In this document: piece by piece, positions 43,320-53,547 of the stretch
Numbering within the stretch: position 1 is the stretch's first letter
How the letters are laid out: each line of letters opens with the position of its first letter
Origin: Flavobacteriales bacterium
Lineage (GTDB): Bacteria; Bacteroidota; Bacteroidia; Flavobacteriales_F; PHOS-HE28
DNA: 64,000 bases
Reading direction: 5' to 3'
Assembly: GCA_017987895.1 (NCBI GenBank)
Contig: JAGNSU010000002.1
Location: 64,074 to 128,073 of the forward strand
Program-made: the position numbers and the translations under genes
Notes under the pieces: generated by a model
The model's input: only the letters and a program-made list of their open reading frames with translations
Database searches by the model: none
Told to the model about the DNA's origin: nothing

Positions 43320-44244
43320 TTCCGGAACACGCACGCTGCTGATCGTCGTGGCCTTGCTGTCCGGGGTCTATTTCGTTTCCACGCGATGGGGTGCGACCAG
43401 CCAGCAGCGGAGCTTCCGCGAGGAAGTGATGACCCTGGACACAGCCGCGATCACCGGCTTCTCGGTCTTCCCCGCCAAACTCGCGCATGCCGAACTCCGT
43501 TTCGAGCGCGCGCCGGGAGGCTGGACCGTGGCACGCGAAGGATCCGTGCATCGCGCCGACACCGCCGATGTGAACGCCTTGTTGGGGGGACTGGTCCATG
43601 CCCGCGCACATCGCTTCACCGGCTATTTGGACCGGCTCGCTGCCCGGTACGATCTCACGGACAGTCTCGCGGACCGCGCGGTCTTCCGGCTGCGAGATGG
43701 ATCCGAGCGGCAAGTGCTCTTCGGTCGTGGCCAACCTGCGGAGGACGGCTCCGGCATGCTCTCCACGATCAATGTCGTTGGCGAGAACGAGGTGTTCTCG
43801 GTGAAGGGTACGATGAGCGAAATGGCCGATCAAGACCTCGTGGCCTGGCGGCCCACCCGTTTGATGGCCGGCCGTCCTGCGGATATCCAACGCGTGTCCT
43901 TCCAGTACAGCATGGACACCGCCTACGTGCTGGAGCGCGCAGGGAACACCTGGCTCGTGGATCGGGACACGGCCGACCAAAGCAAAGTGGACAAGTTCCT
44001 GGCCGATATCACCAACGCGAAGGCACAGACCTTCGCGGACACAATGAACATCGTCGGCCGGGCCCCCGACTACAGCATGCGCGTGGAGTTCGCCGATGGT
44101 CGCACTCCCGTCGAGGTTCATGTGACCATGGCGTGGACCGGATTGGTGGTGACCACCACCTTGGACCCGGGAAGCCAGATGCGCTTCGATCCAGCGCGGG
44201 AATTGCCCCGCATGTTCAAGACGCGGCCCTACTTCCTGCCGTGA
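43309..44244 (+). CDS. DUF4340-like protein that commonly follows gldG
   Basis: 311 aa. N-terminal TM RTLLIVVALLSGVYFV. It overlaps the gldG end by 11 nt. Confidence 0.65.
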   Translation: MSRSSGTRTLLIVVALLSGVYFVSTRWGATSQQRSFREEVMTLDTAAITGFSVFPAKLAHAELRFERAPGGWTVAREGSVHRADTADVNALLGGLVHARAHRFTGYLDRLAARYDLTDSLADRAVFRLRDGSERQVLFGRGQPAEDGSGMLSTINVVGENEVFSVKGTMSEMADQDLVAWRPTRLMAGRPADIQRVSFQYSMDTAYVLERAGNTWLVDRDTADQSKVDKFLADITNAKAQTFADTMNIVGRAPDYSMRVEFADGRTPVEVHVTMAWTGLVVTTTLDPGSQMRFDPARELPRMFKTRPYFLP

Positions 44245-44254
44245 GAACCTATCT

Positions 44255-44280
44255 ACCATGAACACCCCATCGTTCATGGT
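44255..44280 (+). terminator. Hairpin after the gld cluster
   Basis: ACCATGAAC / ACCCCATC / GTTCATGGT, a 9-bp stem. There is no clear T-tract. Confidence 0.4.
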
Positions 44281-44362
44281 GCGCATCTCTCTTTCGTCGC
44301 CATAGGCCTTCGTACAGGGATCTTTGCCGTAGGTGCTTCGCCAGCTTAGCACCTGTCCTCCT

Positions 44363-45121
44363 ATGCGTGCCATCCGCATGCTTGCCCAACCCGACGACAG
44401 CACGTGCGGCCCTACCGCGCTGCAGGCGGTCTATGCCCATTTCGGCATGGAGCTGCCGTTGGAGCAGGTGATCCGCGAAGTGCATTTCCTTGAGGATGGC
44501 GGTACTCTGGCGGTCTTCCTCGGCCTGCACGCGCTGAAGCAGGGTTTCAAGGCGCGGATCCATAGCTACAACCTGCGCGTGTTCGATCCCACCTGGGCCG
44601 ACCTTCCTGCCGAAACGCTGCGCAAGAAGCTGGTGGCGCAAACGCGCTTCAAGGACAGCAAGAAGCTGCATTCCGCCTGCCTCGCCTACGCGCGCTTTCT
44701 GAAGATGGGCGGGGAGATCCGCTTCGATGACCCCGCACCCGATATGCTGCGCGGCTACCTCGACGCCGACCTGCCCATCCTCACCGGCTTGAGCGCGACC
44801 TATCTCTACGGAAGCAAACGCGAGATCAGCGGCAGCAACGGCCAAAGCATATTCGATGATCTGCGCGGAAAGCCCATGGGCCACTTCGTGGTGCTCAGTG
44901 GCATGGAGGGCAAGACGGTATTCGTCGCCGATCCCTATCAGGGGAATCCCTTCAGCAAGGATGGCCACTATCCCGTTCACGTAGGACGGCTGATCAATTC
45001 GATCATGCTCGGCATCGTGACCTACGATGCGAACATGCTGATCCTCTCTCCCAAACGGCTGCCTGAACCCGTGATCAAGGTGCGGCCCAAGCTCCCTTCC
45101 AACCCCGCCCGTAGCGTATGA
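44363..45121 (+). CDS. Papain-fold C39-like cysteine peptidase
   Basis: The ATG at 44363 gives MRAIRMLAQPDDSTCGPTALQAVY (Q...CG..AL Cys motif). MGHFVVL supplies the His and VADP the Asp. Its stop overlaps the next ATG (ATGA at 45118). Confidence 0.7.
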   Translation: MRAIRMLAQPDDSTCGPTALQAVYAHFGMELPLEQVIREVHFLEDGGTLAVFLGLHALKQGFKARIHSYNLRVFDPTWADLPAETLRKKLVAQTRFKDSKKLHSACLAYARFLKMGGEIRFDDPAPDMLRGYLDADLPILTGLSATYLYGSKREISGSNGQSIFDDLRGKPMGHFVVLSGMEGKTVFVADPYQGNPFSKDGHYPVHVGRLINSIMLGIVTYDANMLILSPKRLPEPVIKVRPKLPSNPARSV

Positions 45122-46614
45122 GAAAGATCATCGTGGTGCGCGAGCCCAAGGAGTTCAACCTGGGCGTGAAGGGCGTGGAAGTGGTGTCCAGCAAGGACTA
45201 CCTCACCGACCCGCGATACGCGGCACTGCACAACGTGCGCATCTTCAACCTGGCGCGGAGCTACAGTTACCAGAGCCGCGGCTACTACGTGAGCTTGCTC
45301 GCTGAAGCGCGCGGGCAAAAGGTGATCCCGGACGCGAAGAGCATCCTCGATCTGCGCTCACCCCGCCTGGTGAAAGTACTCTCGCGTGATCTGCAAGGGA
45401 TCATCCAGCAACACCTCGCGCACAAGGAAAAGGACCAGTTCGAGCTGAGCATCTACTTCGGCCGCAACGTGAACCGGAAATACGATCGGCTCGCCCATGA
45501 ATTGTACAAGGTATTCCGTTCCCCGCTCCTTCGCGCGCGTTTCGCCAAAACCGCCGACGAGTGGGAACTGCGCGCGATACGGCCCATCCCGTACAACGAC
45601 ATTCCGGAGGAGCACCTTCCCTTCGTGAAGCGCTTCGCCCAGGAGTACTTCACCAAGAAGCGCCATGACCGAGCCCGGGAGGACCGCAGTAGTTACGACC
45701 TCGCCATTCTGGTGAACACGGAGGACAAGGCCGCGCCTTCGAACAAACGGGCCATCGTGAAGTTCCGTCAGGCCGCCGAGCGCATGGGTTTCGCGGTGGA
45801 CATCATCGGCCCGAACGATATCGACCGTGTGGCCGAATACGATGCGCTGTTGATACGTGAGAACACCCACGTGGATGACCACACCTACCGCTTCGCGCGG
45901 AAAGCGCAGAAAGAAGGGCTCGCCGTGATGGACGCACCGGACGCCATTCTGAAGTGCAACAACAAAGTGTTCCTGGCCGAGGTGATGATCGCGCACGATG
46001 TGCCCACGCCCCGAACCATGATCGTACACAGCGAGAACAGGCAGGAAGTGGCCGCGCGGCTGGGCATGCCTGTCGTACTGAAACTACCGGACAGCACCTT
46101 CAGCATCGGCGTGACCAAGGCCAGGACCCCGGAGGAGCTCGAACTGAAGATGGACGAACTGCTGGCGGAAAGCGACCTCGCCATCGCGCAGGAGTACATG
46201 CCCAGCGATTTCGACTGGCGCATCGGTGTGCTGGACGGAAAGCCGCTGTACGCGTGCAAGTACTTCATGGCGCGCGGCCACTGGCAGATCTACAACTGGG
46301 GAAGCGATACCAAGAAGCACCAGACCGGCGACTTCGCGACCATGCCGGTGGACGAGGCGCCCAAAGCCATCGTGGACGCCGCGGTGAAAGCGGTGCTCGC
46401 CATCGTGGGCGATCGTGGCCTCTTCGGCGTCGACGTGAAGGAACACGATGGCAAACCCTATGTGATCGAGGTGAACGAATGCCCCAACATCGACCATGGC
46501 GTGGAGGACGTGGTGCTGGGGGACAAGCTCTACGAAGCCATCATCGGTTCCTTGAAACGAAGCATCGAACGGAAGATAGGGATCGCCCCACGCCATACAG
46601 CGACCAGACCATGA
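45118..46614 (+). CDS. RimK-type ATP-grasp amidoligase with N-terminal RLAN domain
   Basis: 498 aa. The N-terminal domain is ...YSYQSRGYYVSLLAEARG. The ATP-grasp core is PVVLKLPDSTFSIGV, IAQEYMPSDFDWRIGVLDGK and VIEVNECPNIDHG. Confidence 0.85.
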   Translation: MRKIIVVREPKEFNLGVKGVEVVSSKDYLTDPRYAALHNVRIFNLARSYSYQSRGYYVSLLAEARGQKVIPDAKSILDLRSPRLVKVLSRDLQGIIQQHLAHKEKDQFELSIYFGRNVNRKYDRLAHELYKVFRSPLLRARFAKTADEWELRAIRPIPYNDIPEEHLPFVKRFAQEYFTKKRHDRAREDRSSYDLAILVNTEDKAAPSNKRAIVKFRQAAERMGFAVDIIGPNDIDRVAEYDALLIRENTHVDDHTYRFARKAQKEGLAVMDAPDAILKCNNKVFLAEVMIAHDVPTPRTMIVHSENRQEVAARLGMPVVLKLPDSTFSIGVTKARTPEELELKMDELLAESDLAIAQEYMPSDFDWRIGVLDGKPLYACKYFMARGHWQIYNWGSDTKKHQTGDFATMPVDEAPKAIVDAAVKAVLAIVGDRGLFGVDVKEHDGKPYVIEVNECPNIDHGVEDVVLGDKLYEAIIGSLKRSIERKIGIAPRHTATRP

Positions 46615-47846
46615 GCAAAAAGACCGCCTACAAGCTCTTCGAGGTGACCGGTATCGAACTGGAATACATGGTGGTGGAACGGGGCACCCTGAAAGTGCTG
46701 CCCATCGTGGACAAGCTCTTCGAGGATGTGACGGGCAAGATCACCAGCGACGTGGAACGCGGCGATGTGGAATGGAGCAATGAGCTCGTGAGCCACGTGG
46801 TCGAACTCAAGACCGCCAAGCCCACCAAACGCATCCCCTCCTTCCGGAAGAAATTCGCCAGTGAGGTGCAGGCCATCAATGCCGTGCTCGCGAAGCGCAA
46901 CGCGATGTTGCTTCCCACGGCCGCGCACCCGCTGATGGACCCCTTCACCGAAACGGTGATCTGGCCCCACGATCACAACGAGGTCTACGCGCTCTACAAT
47001 CGCATCTTCGACTGCCGTGGCCACGGCTGGAGCAATTTGCAGAGCACACACCTCAACTTACCCTTCGCAACGGACGAGGAGTTCAGCAAGCTGCACGCGG
47101 CAGTGCGCATGGTGCTGCCACTCATCCCGGCGCTCAGTGCCAGTTCCCCGATACTCGACGGTAAGGTCACCGGCCATTTGGACAGCCGCATGGAGGCCTA
47201 CCTGCATCACCAGGAACGGCTTCCGCAACTGATGGGTTCCTTGATCCCTGAAGCGGTGTTCACACAGGAGGACTACTACCGCGAGATCTTCGGTCCCATC
47301 GGCAAGGCCCTCGCTCCTTTCGATACGGAGAACGTGATGGACCACCATTTCGCCAACTCGCGCGGTGCCATCGCCCGCTTCGATCGTGGCGCCATCGAGC
47401 TGCGCGTGATAGACATCCAGGAGTGTCCAAATGCGGATCTGGCGATCGCAGAACTGATCGTGGCGCTCACCCGCGCCATGACCAAGGGCCGCTGGACGAG
47501 CACCTACCTGCAGCGTGCCTGGAGCGAGACCGATCTACTGGCCATCTTCAAGCAGGTGATCCGTGATGCGGGCAAGGCCGAGATCATCGACCGGGACTTC
47601 CTGGTGATGTTCGGTGTGATGAAGGAAGAGCGCATGACCGCACAACGGTTGTGGGAGCACATCGTACAGGAACTGCGGAGCGAACTGAGCGAAGGCGCAC
47701 AGGAGGTCATCACCCACATCCTTCAGCATGGTTGCCTTGCCCGGCGTATTCTGGGCCGAACGGGTGCATCACCCAATGCGGACACCGTGCGCAAGGTCTA
47801 CGCTGAAATAGCGGAATGCTTGCAGGAGGATCGGCTCTTCGTGTGA
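46611..47846 (+). CDS. Glutamate--cysteine ligase family 2 (GCS2 / carboxylate-amine ligase) protein
   Basis: The ATG at 46611 (ATGA overlap) gives MSKKTAYKLFEVTGIELEYMVVE. Also HLNLPF and ELRVIDIQECP motifs. The 630-aa track ORF start at 45954 overlaps the ATP-grasp gene out of frame. Confidence 0.85.
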   Translation: MSKKTAYKLFEVTGIELEYMVVERGTLKVLPIVDKLFEDVTGKITSDVERGDVEWSNELVSHVVELKTAKPTKRIPSFRKKFASEVQAINAVLAKRNAMLLPTAAHPLMDPFTETVIWPHDHNEVYALYNRIFDCRGHGWSNLQSTHLNLPFATDEEFSKLHAAVRMVLPLIPALSASSPILDGKVTGHLDSRMEAYLHHQERLPQLMGSLIPEAVFTQEDYYREIFGPIGKALAPFDTENVMDHHFANSRGAIARFDRGAIELRVIDIQECPNADLAIAELIVALTRAMTKGRWTSTYLQRAWSETDLLAIFKQVIRDAGKAEIIDRDFLVMFGVMKEERMTAQRLWEHIVQELRSELSEGAQEVITHILQHGCLARRILGRTGASPNADTVRKVYAEIAECLQEDRLFV

Positions 47847-47866
47847 ACAACGAACATGCCTTCAAT

Positions 47867-47899
47867 ACGAACGCCCCGACCAAAGGCCGAGGCGTTCGT
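47867..47899. terminator. Hairpin between convergent genes
   Basis: ACGAACGCC ... GGCGTTCGT, a 9-bp stem with a 15-nt loop. Confidence 0.45.
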
Positions 47900-47918
47900 G
47901 CAAGATGGTCGGGTGAGA

Positions 47919-50870
47919 TCAACGCACCACGGAGAAGCGCCGCTCGTCGCGACCCTGGTCGGTGATCACCTGTAGTACATACGAGCCAGCGCTGTAGGCG
48001 GAGAGGTCCAGGGTCATTCGTTCCTGACCGATCGTGTTGGCCGGAGAGGGTCGGTCCAGCATGCGTCCGGCGAGATCCAGCACACGCATCTCCACGATGC
48101 GCGCGGTGCCCAGGTCCATGCGAACGTTCAACACCTCCGTAGCTGGATCCGGATAGACCCGCAGTGCAAGGTCCAGATCGTTCTCGGTAATGCTGTTCTC
48201 CTCCATCTCATCCCATAGCTGGATGTCGTCCACGGCCGCTTCGATCAGGCTTCCGCCGTCCAGGTCCTGCCCGATACGGATGCTGTCCGAGGCATTGAAC
48301 CGGATCTGAACGGTAGCGTTCGGGGTCACATAGTCCTGCACGCGGAAAGCCACGCGGCGCCAGCTGCGGTCGGTGGTGGTGGTGGTTTCCACAGGCACCC
48401 AGGTGGTACCGTTGTTGGTGATCGCCACCTGCCACCAATCCGCGTTCGGGTTCGCACCGGCGTTGTTCGTGTACCAGCGCCAGTAGCTGAACGTGGGATT
48501 GTCATACGCGGTGAGGTCCAATGCGGCGCTCTGTAAGGTGGTGGTCCCATCGTCGACGTCATCATCTCCGATCGGTGCCTGTTCGCCGTTGGCATTGGCC
48601 GTCACATAGCAGAACTCACCGTTCGGCGTGTGTTGGAAGTAAGGCTGCACCACGGTGGCTGGATCCCCCGGGGTGCTGAACGATCCGACCGGGAAGGCAT
48701 AGGTCCATTGCCCGGTGACCGCATTATCCGTGGGAAGTCCGGTTTGCCAGGTCCCCAGTTCGCCGAACAAGTCGCCATCCTCGGTGGCTTCCAATGCATA
48801 ACCCACCAGGATGAAATTAGGCAGGTTCGGATCGGGCTCCGCAGCACCGATGGGCAACACGCCGCTGAGCTGCTGGAAGTTGTCCGCAAGCCCCATGTAG
48901 TAGGCGATAACAGTACCCATCGGCTGTGCGGGAATGGTCACATGATAGTCGTTACCGCCCATATCCATCATGGGCACCATCGTCCAGTTCGGATCATCGT
49001 TGATGCGGTAGAAGAGCCGCACTTCGTCCACGTAGGAGAGGAAATCCAGGTCGAGCACCAACTGGGCATCAAGTTCGATCCCTGCCGCCGCAGGAGCGCT
49101 TTCCACCGCATCATGCAATAGTTCGGCGCTGCTCAGCAACGTGATGCCGTGGATGGCGAAGGCCTCCACGATCGCCGATGCGTTCGGGGTGCCGTTGGTG
49201 AGGTCACCATCGTCATCATCCGCCTGCAGCACGTCCAGCAATACATCGCGGAAGGCCACACCTTCGTTCCCATTGGGCGTATCGGCCTGCAAGCCCGGGA
49301 AGGCCCCCACGAACAAGGTCATCATCGCGTTGATGTCACTACCCAACAGCACGTAGGTATCCCACCATGCGCCAGCGATGATCTCGCCGTCGCCATGTAC
49401 CTCGCCCACGATATCGATGGGGTACACCTTGGGGTCTTGATCGTAGCGCCGTATGTAGGAATCCGGATCGGTGAGCGAGCTTCCATCGGCCAGGATCGGG
49501 TCCTCGGTGATGGTGAAACCCCACACATCGGCATACCCTTCGTTCATGGCCCCGTTCTGGAAATTGGCCCCCAGGTCGCTGTAGAAGCGGTCGTTGATAC
49601 CATGGCCGTATTCATGGTACACCACCTCGCCCACCTGTGCGTAGCTCTGACAATCGCCACCTTCCGCGTAGAAATTGATGGAGCCACCATCGTAGAACGC
49701 GTTGCAGCTGCCCGCCACGTCCACGTTGGTGGTGAGCGAAAAGTCCATCCCGTCGAAAGCAGGCAACCAGAACTTGGCATGATCATGCACGATGTTCACA
49801 TGGAAGTATGCGCTACGCTCACGGCTGTTCGCGTCGGCATCGAAGGAGATGTTGTTCGATCCCTCCTGAAGCGTTGCCGGGAACGACGGGGTGTTCCCGT
49901 TCGTGCGCACATTGCTCCAGAGGCCATCGAGGTAGAAGGTGGCGTTCACCGGCCCTCCCACACCCGTGTTCACATACCCTTGCTGATCGAGGTATTGCGA
50001 TATGCCGTTCACCACCACCCGCATGTTGGCCATCGGTTGCAGGGCTGCTGGGATATAGGGGTTCTGCTCGAAGACATTGCTGCTCACGGTGGCCTCCGCA
50101 CCGGCCGAAGCGGGCGGAGCATGGCGCATCACCCGATCCTGACGGTAGAGCAGTTCCCCCGTATTGGCATCGACCCAGCAATTCCACCGTGCAGGCAGAC
50201 CCTCCTCGGTGGTGCGAACCTCGATCTCGCGCACCAAGCGGTGTTCCACTCCATGGTGAACTGGCACCGGCAGCACCATGAGCGCTGCGGATACGGTCAC
50301 TCCTTCAATGCCGGTAAGCCCCGACGATGCGCTCACTATCGCGGCCGCTTCATCCTGTGCTGGATCGAGCGAGATACCGATCGACGGATGGGCGTCCAGA
50401 CCAAAGGCGATCACCCGACCCTGTGTATCCAGCTTCACCATCACCTTTCCGGTAAGTACGCGAAGACCATTGTGGACCTGGGTGAAATGCACGTAGGTAT
50501 GTTTCTGCGTGGGATAGACCCCGCTCACCACCAGTTCGTCCATGGGCAGTGCGTACATCGCAAGCTCCTGCTGTAGGAACGAGGTGGCGCGGGTTATGGG
50601 ATCGGGGCCCGAAGTGGGTATCGGCCCACCGAACGCGCGGTGGGGCATGGCATTGGCCGTGTTGAACTCCGCCCACCAGGTTCCGTGCGCGGCCAGGAAG
50701 GAGCGCCATTGCGGCCGATGCCGCAGTTCAGCTTGCCATGCGGGATCCAGGGCGGTGAGTTCGGGACGCAGATACGTCACCGCCGCTTCATGACGATGAC
50801 CATGGAAGGCCGAGGCCAACTGGCCCAACAGCAGCAAGCTGGACGCGAGGAAAAGAGTTCGGATGGACAT
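47919..50870 (-). CDS. Secreted zinc metalloprotease (M36/fungalysin-like HExxH...EGxxD) with propeptide and T9SS C-terminal domain
   Basis: 983 aa. Signal peptide MSIRTLFLASSLLLLGQLASA. VVYHEYGHGINDRF and MNEGYADVWG motifs. C-terminal RVYPDPATEVLNV...GSYVLQV is a CTD. Confidence 0.85.
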   Translation of the reverse strand: MSIRTLFLASSLLLLGQLASAFHGHRHEAAVTYLRPELTALDPAWQAELRHRPQWRSFLAAHGTWWAEFNTANAMPHRAFGGPIPTSGPDPITRATSFLQQELAMYALPMDELVVSGVYPTQKHTYVHFTQVHNGLRVLTGKVMVKLDTQGRVIAFGLDAHPSIGISLDPAQDEAAAIVSASSGLTGIEGVTVSAALMVLPVPVHHGVEHRLVREIEVRTTEEGLPARWNCWVDANTGELLYRQDRVMRHAPPASAGAEATVSSNVFEQNPYIPAALQPMANMRVVVNGISQYLDQQGYVNTGVGGPVNATFYLDGLWSNVRTNGNTPSFPATLQEGSNNISFDADANSRERSAYFHVNIVHDHAKFWLPAFDGMDFSLTTNVDVAGSCNAFYDGGSINFYAEGGDCQSYAQVGEVVYHEYGHGINDRFYSDLGANFQNGAMNEGYADVWGFTITEDPILADGSSLTDPDSYIRRYDQDPKVYPIDIVGEVHGDGEIIAGAWWDTYVLLGSDINAMMTLFVGAFPGLQADTPNGNEGVAFRDVLLDVLQADDDDGDLTNGTPNASAIVEAFAIHGITLLSSAELLHDAVESAPAAAGIELDAQLVLDLDFLSYVDEVRLFYRINDDPNWTMVPMMDMGGNDYHVTIPAQPMGTVIAYYMGLADNFQQLSGVLPIGAAEPDPNLPNFILVGYALEATEDGDLFGELGTWQTGLPTDNAVTGQWTYAFPVGSFSTPGDPATVVQPYFQHTPNGEFCYVTANANGEQAPIGDDDVDDGTTTLQSAALDLTAYDNPTFSYWRWYTNNAGANPNADWWQVAITNNGTTWVPVETTTTTDRSWRRVAFRVQDYVTPNATVQIRFNASDSIRIGQDLDGGSLIEAAVDDIQLWDEMEENSITENDLDLALRVYPDPATEVLNVRMDLGTARIVEMRVLDLAGRMLDRPSPANTIGQERMTLDLSAYSAGSYVLQVITDQGRDERRFSVVR

Positions 50871-50950
50871 GCAACAGGGGTTGAAGTGCCAAGGTCGGGC
50901 ACATTGGTGGATCGGCCAAGGTTTTTTCTAGCACCGGTGTTGGGCACCCA

Positions 50951-51727
50951 TCATGGGTCCGGGAGTTCAAGTTGAAGTCCGTCCCATGCCAGTCGCACGC
51001 GGGGTGGAAGCCTTGGTTGGACTTCCGCATGCAGACCCATCTGATGGCTGATGTGCGTGAAACAGGCTTCTCGTGGACCCAATTCCGCCACCAGGGCCAA
51101 GGCGTCTGTGAGGTCGAGGTGGGAATAGTGCGGCTTGGCCCGAAGCGCGTTCAGCACCAGTACGTCGGTCCCCTTGATCTTCTCCTTTTCCGCTCCGCTG
51201 ATGGTCTTCGCGTCCGTGATGTAGGTGAAACCGCCGATCCGGAAACCGAGCACCGGCATATTGAGGTGCATCACTTCGATCGGGATCACATGGATGTCCC
51301 CCACCCTGAAGGGTGCGCGATCGATGAGCCGCATATCGTATTCCGGCACGCCCGGGTATTTCCTCGCCTCGAAGGCGTAGCTGAACACCCTGCGCACCGC
51401 TTGTTGCGTAGGTGCATCGGCATAAATGGGCACGGCTTTGGGCGGCTCATGCGCGAAACTCACCGCACGCAGATCGTCCATACCACTGATGTGGTCCATG
51501 TGCTCGTGTGTCAGCAATACCGCATCGATATCCACGATACCGGCGCGCAGGAACTGCTGGCGTAGGTCGGGGCCCGCATCGATCAGGATCCTATGTCCGC
51601 GGGTTTCCACCAGCACGGACACCCGTAGGCGGGCATCGCGGGGGTCGCTGCTGCGGCACACCGCGCAGTTGCATGCGACCATGGGAACGCCTTGACTGGT
51701 GCCTGTGCCGAGGAAGGTGACGCGCAT
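50951..51727 (-). CDS. MBL-fold metallo-hydrolase (PhnP/GPP-like)
   Basis: The ATG at 51727 gives MRVTFLGTGTSQGVP. LLTHEHMDHISG is the HxHxDH motif. The longer track ORF runs through the tRNA-Ser gene. Confidence 0.85.
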   Translation of the reverse strand: MRVTFLGTGTSQGVPMVACNCAVCRSSDPRDARLRVSVLVETRGHRILIDAGPDLRQQFLRAGIVDIDAVLLTHEHMDHISGMDDLRAVSFAHEPPKAVPIYADAPTQQAVRRVFSYAFEARKYPGVPEYDMRLIDRAPFRVGDIHVIPIEVMHLNMPVLGFRIGGFTYITDAKTISGAEKEKIKGTDVLVLNALRAKPHYSHLDLTDALALVAELGPREACFTHISHQMGLHAEVQPRLPPRVRLAWDGLQLELPDP

Positions 51728-51825
51728 GGTAAGAGGGCGAAAGTAGGTTCGGCTACCTTCGCGGCTGTTCAGGACAGGACCTGAATATGTGCATCCACCG
51801 CTGCTCCGCTCAGCCAGGTGGCCCA

Positions 51826-51915
51826 GGAGAGGTGGCAGAGCGGTCGAATGCGGCGGTCTTGAAAACCGCTTTGCCCGCAAGGGCAACGGGGGTTCGAATC
51901 CCTCCCTCTCCGCCA
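51826..51915 (+). tRNA. tRNA-Ser (anticodon UGA), long variable arm, encoded CCA
   Basis: Hand-folded: acceptor GGAGAGG/CCTCTCC, anticodon arm GCGGT-CTTGAAA-ACCGC, variable arm GCCC-GCAA-GGGC, T loop GGTTCGAATCC, then GCCA. Confidence 0.9.
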
Positions 51916-52043
51916 AGCGGTCCGCGCGCACCTGGCGCCATGTACGAAGCGGGACACCGACCACTTCACCCGTTCGCCCCGATCGCCTCTTTGAACGGTC
52001 CTCACCGAACGAGCAACGGAGATCGTCCCCTTGTTCGGCGCGC

Positions 52044-52051
52044 TATCTTTG
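52044..52051 (+). promoter_or_regulatory. Candidate -7 box TATCTTTG only 5 nt from the ATG
   Basis: TATCTTTG GGTTC ATG(52057). Confidence 0.3.
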
Positions 52052-52056
52052 GGTTC

Positions 52057-53511
52057 ATGGCATCCCTCCGCGTCCCTTCGACCGTGACACTTGTGTTCCT
52101 CGTCGCCTTGGCATCCGCACAGCGACTACCTGAAGCTATTGTGGAGACCAAGGTCTTTCATCACCCGGGGTCGGGGCCTTACGTGGAAGTGAACACCGCC
52201 ATTCTTGGAGCCAGCGTGGCGCATGACCAGGCTGTGGGCTTGGACCAAGCGAAAGTGGAGTTGCTCGTCATCGTGGAGAAGGATGCCGCGATAGTGGACT
52301 TCCGGAAGGTGGAGGTCCTGGGCCCACCACGCACGGGCGAGGTAGCACCCGATTTTCTCCACTCGGAGACCTTCGCGTTACCGTCAGGTGAGTACAGCCT
52401 CGAGGTGCAGGTGCGCGACCTGAACGGGTCCGACACGGCCTTCGTGCAGAAGCGCGTGCTCGCCATCGGTGCCATAAGCGCACCACCCGTGTTCTCCGAC
52501 ATCCTGCTCATCGCGTCGGTCGGCCCCGCGCGTGAAGGAATGGCGACGCACAACGGCCAGTACATGGAACCCTACATGGGCACCTACTTCCCCCGCGATA
52601 AGCCCCGGCTGGACCTGTACGCTGAGTTGTACGGTATGGACCGGGCGGTGGGCCCCGATAGCCTGTATCTGCTGAGTTACCAGCTCGAAGTGCATGGTAC
52701 AGGAACGGTCGTAGGCAATTTCCGCAACAGCGTTCGCTTGAAAGCCCGACCCGTGGAACCTGTCCTTGGCGGGTTCGATCTGGCAGCGCTCACTTCCGGT
52801 AACTACGTGCTCAAAGTGGAAGCGCGCGATCGGAACGGCCAACTCCTCGCTGCGCAAGACCTCTTCGTTCAGCGGAACAACCCCATGAACTACGACCTCA
52901 CCCAGCTTGACGCGCTGGCCATGGGGAACACGTTCGCTGACCGCATCACGGAACCGGATACGCTCGTGGAGTTCGTCCGCTGTTTGGTGCCCATAGCGGA
53001 CGACTTGGAGCGGAAGATCATCATGGACCGCACACGCGACCATGATGCGGACCTCTCCCGCCGCTTCCTCTATAGTTTCTGGTTCAACCGGAATTCCGCG
53101 GATCCCGAAGGCGCTTGGGTGAGCTACCGCGATGAGGTAGCCCGCGTGAACCGCATGTACGGTACCCGCATCAAGCGAGGCTATGAGACGGATCGAGGCC
53201 GGGTCCACCTGAAGTACGGTGCGCCCAATACCGTGACGGACCGCTCCAATGAGATGGACGCATACCCCTATCAGATCTGGCACTATTACCGCGCCGGGCG
53301 CTACACCGACCGCCGTTTCGTCTTCTACCTGCCCGACCTGGTGACCAACGACTATGAGTTGTTGCACTCGGAAGTGCCGGGAGAGGTCAACAATCCGCGA
53401 TGGAACTTGATGGTGCATTCCCGTAACACCCCGCAGAACAATGTGCAGAGCACCGGGGTGAACTCGATGAGCGGGGAGCGCGCCAACGATCTGTTCGCCA
53501 TTCCGCGTTGA
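52057..53511 (+). CDS. GWxTD domain-containing protein
   Basis: The ATG at 52057 gives MASLRVPSTVTLVFLVALASAQ. The C-terminal RGYETDRGRVHLKYGAP...YQIWHY pattern fits a GWxTD variant. Confidence 0.78.
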   Translation: MASLRVPSTVTLVFLVALASAQRLPEAIVETKVFHHPGSGPYVEVNTAILGASVAHDQAVGLDQAKVELLVIVEKDAAIVDFRKVEVLGPPRTGEVAPDFLHSETFALPSGEYSLEVQVRDLNGSDTAFVQKRVLAIGAISAPPVFSDILLIASVGPAREGMATHNGQYMEPYMGTYFPRDKPRLDLYAELYGMDRAVGPDSLYLLSYQLEVHGTGTVVGNFRNSVRLKARPVEPVLGGFDLAALTSGNYVLKVEARDRNGQLLAAQDLFVQRNNPMNYDLTQLDALAMGNTFADRITEPDTLVEFVRCLVPIADDLERKIIMDRTRDHDADLSRRFLYSFWFNRNSADPEGAWVSYRDEVARVNRMYGTRIKRGYETDRGRVHLKYGAPNTVTDRSNEMDAYPYQIWHYYRAGRYTDRRFVFYLPDLVTNDYELLHSEVPGEVNNPRWNLMVHSRNTPQNNVQSTGVNSMSGERANDLFAIPR

Positions 53512-53547
53512 GGCCTTCGTTCCGGGGTCCATCTTTGCGCTTCGTTG

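Noticed and set aside
45954-46610. N-terminal 219 codons of the 630-aa ORF (45954-47846)
   Set aside because: These codons overlap the ATP-grasp gene out of frame and are Arg/Gly-rich. The GCS2 homology begins at ATG 46611, which overlaps the ATP-grasp stop.
51728-52056. Extensions of the 50951-51964 (minus) and 51787-53511 (plus) ORFs across this region
   Set aside because: Both extensions read through the tRNA-Ser gene (51826-51915). Good starts with appropriate N-termini exist at 51727 and 52057.
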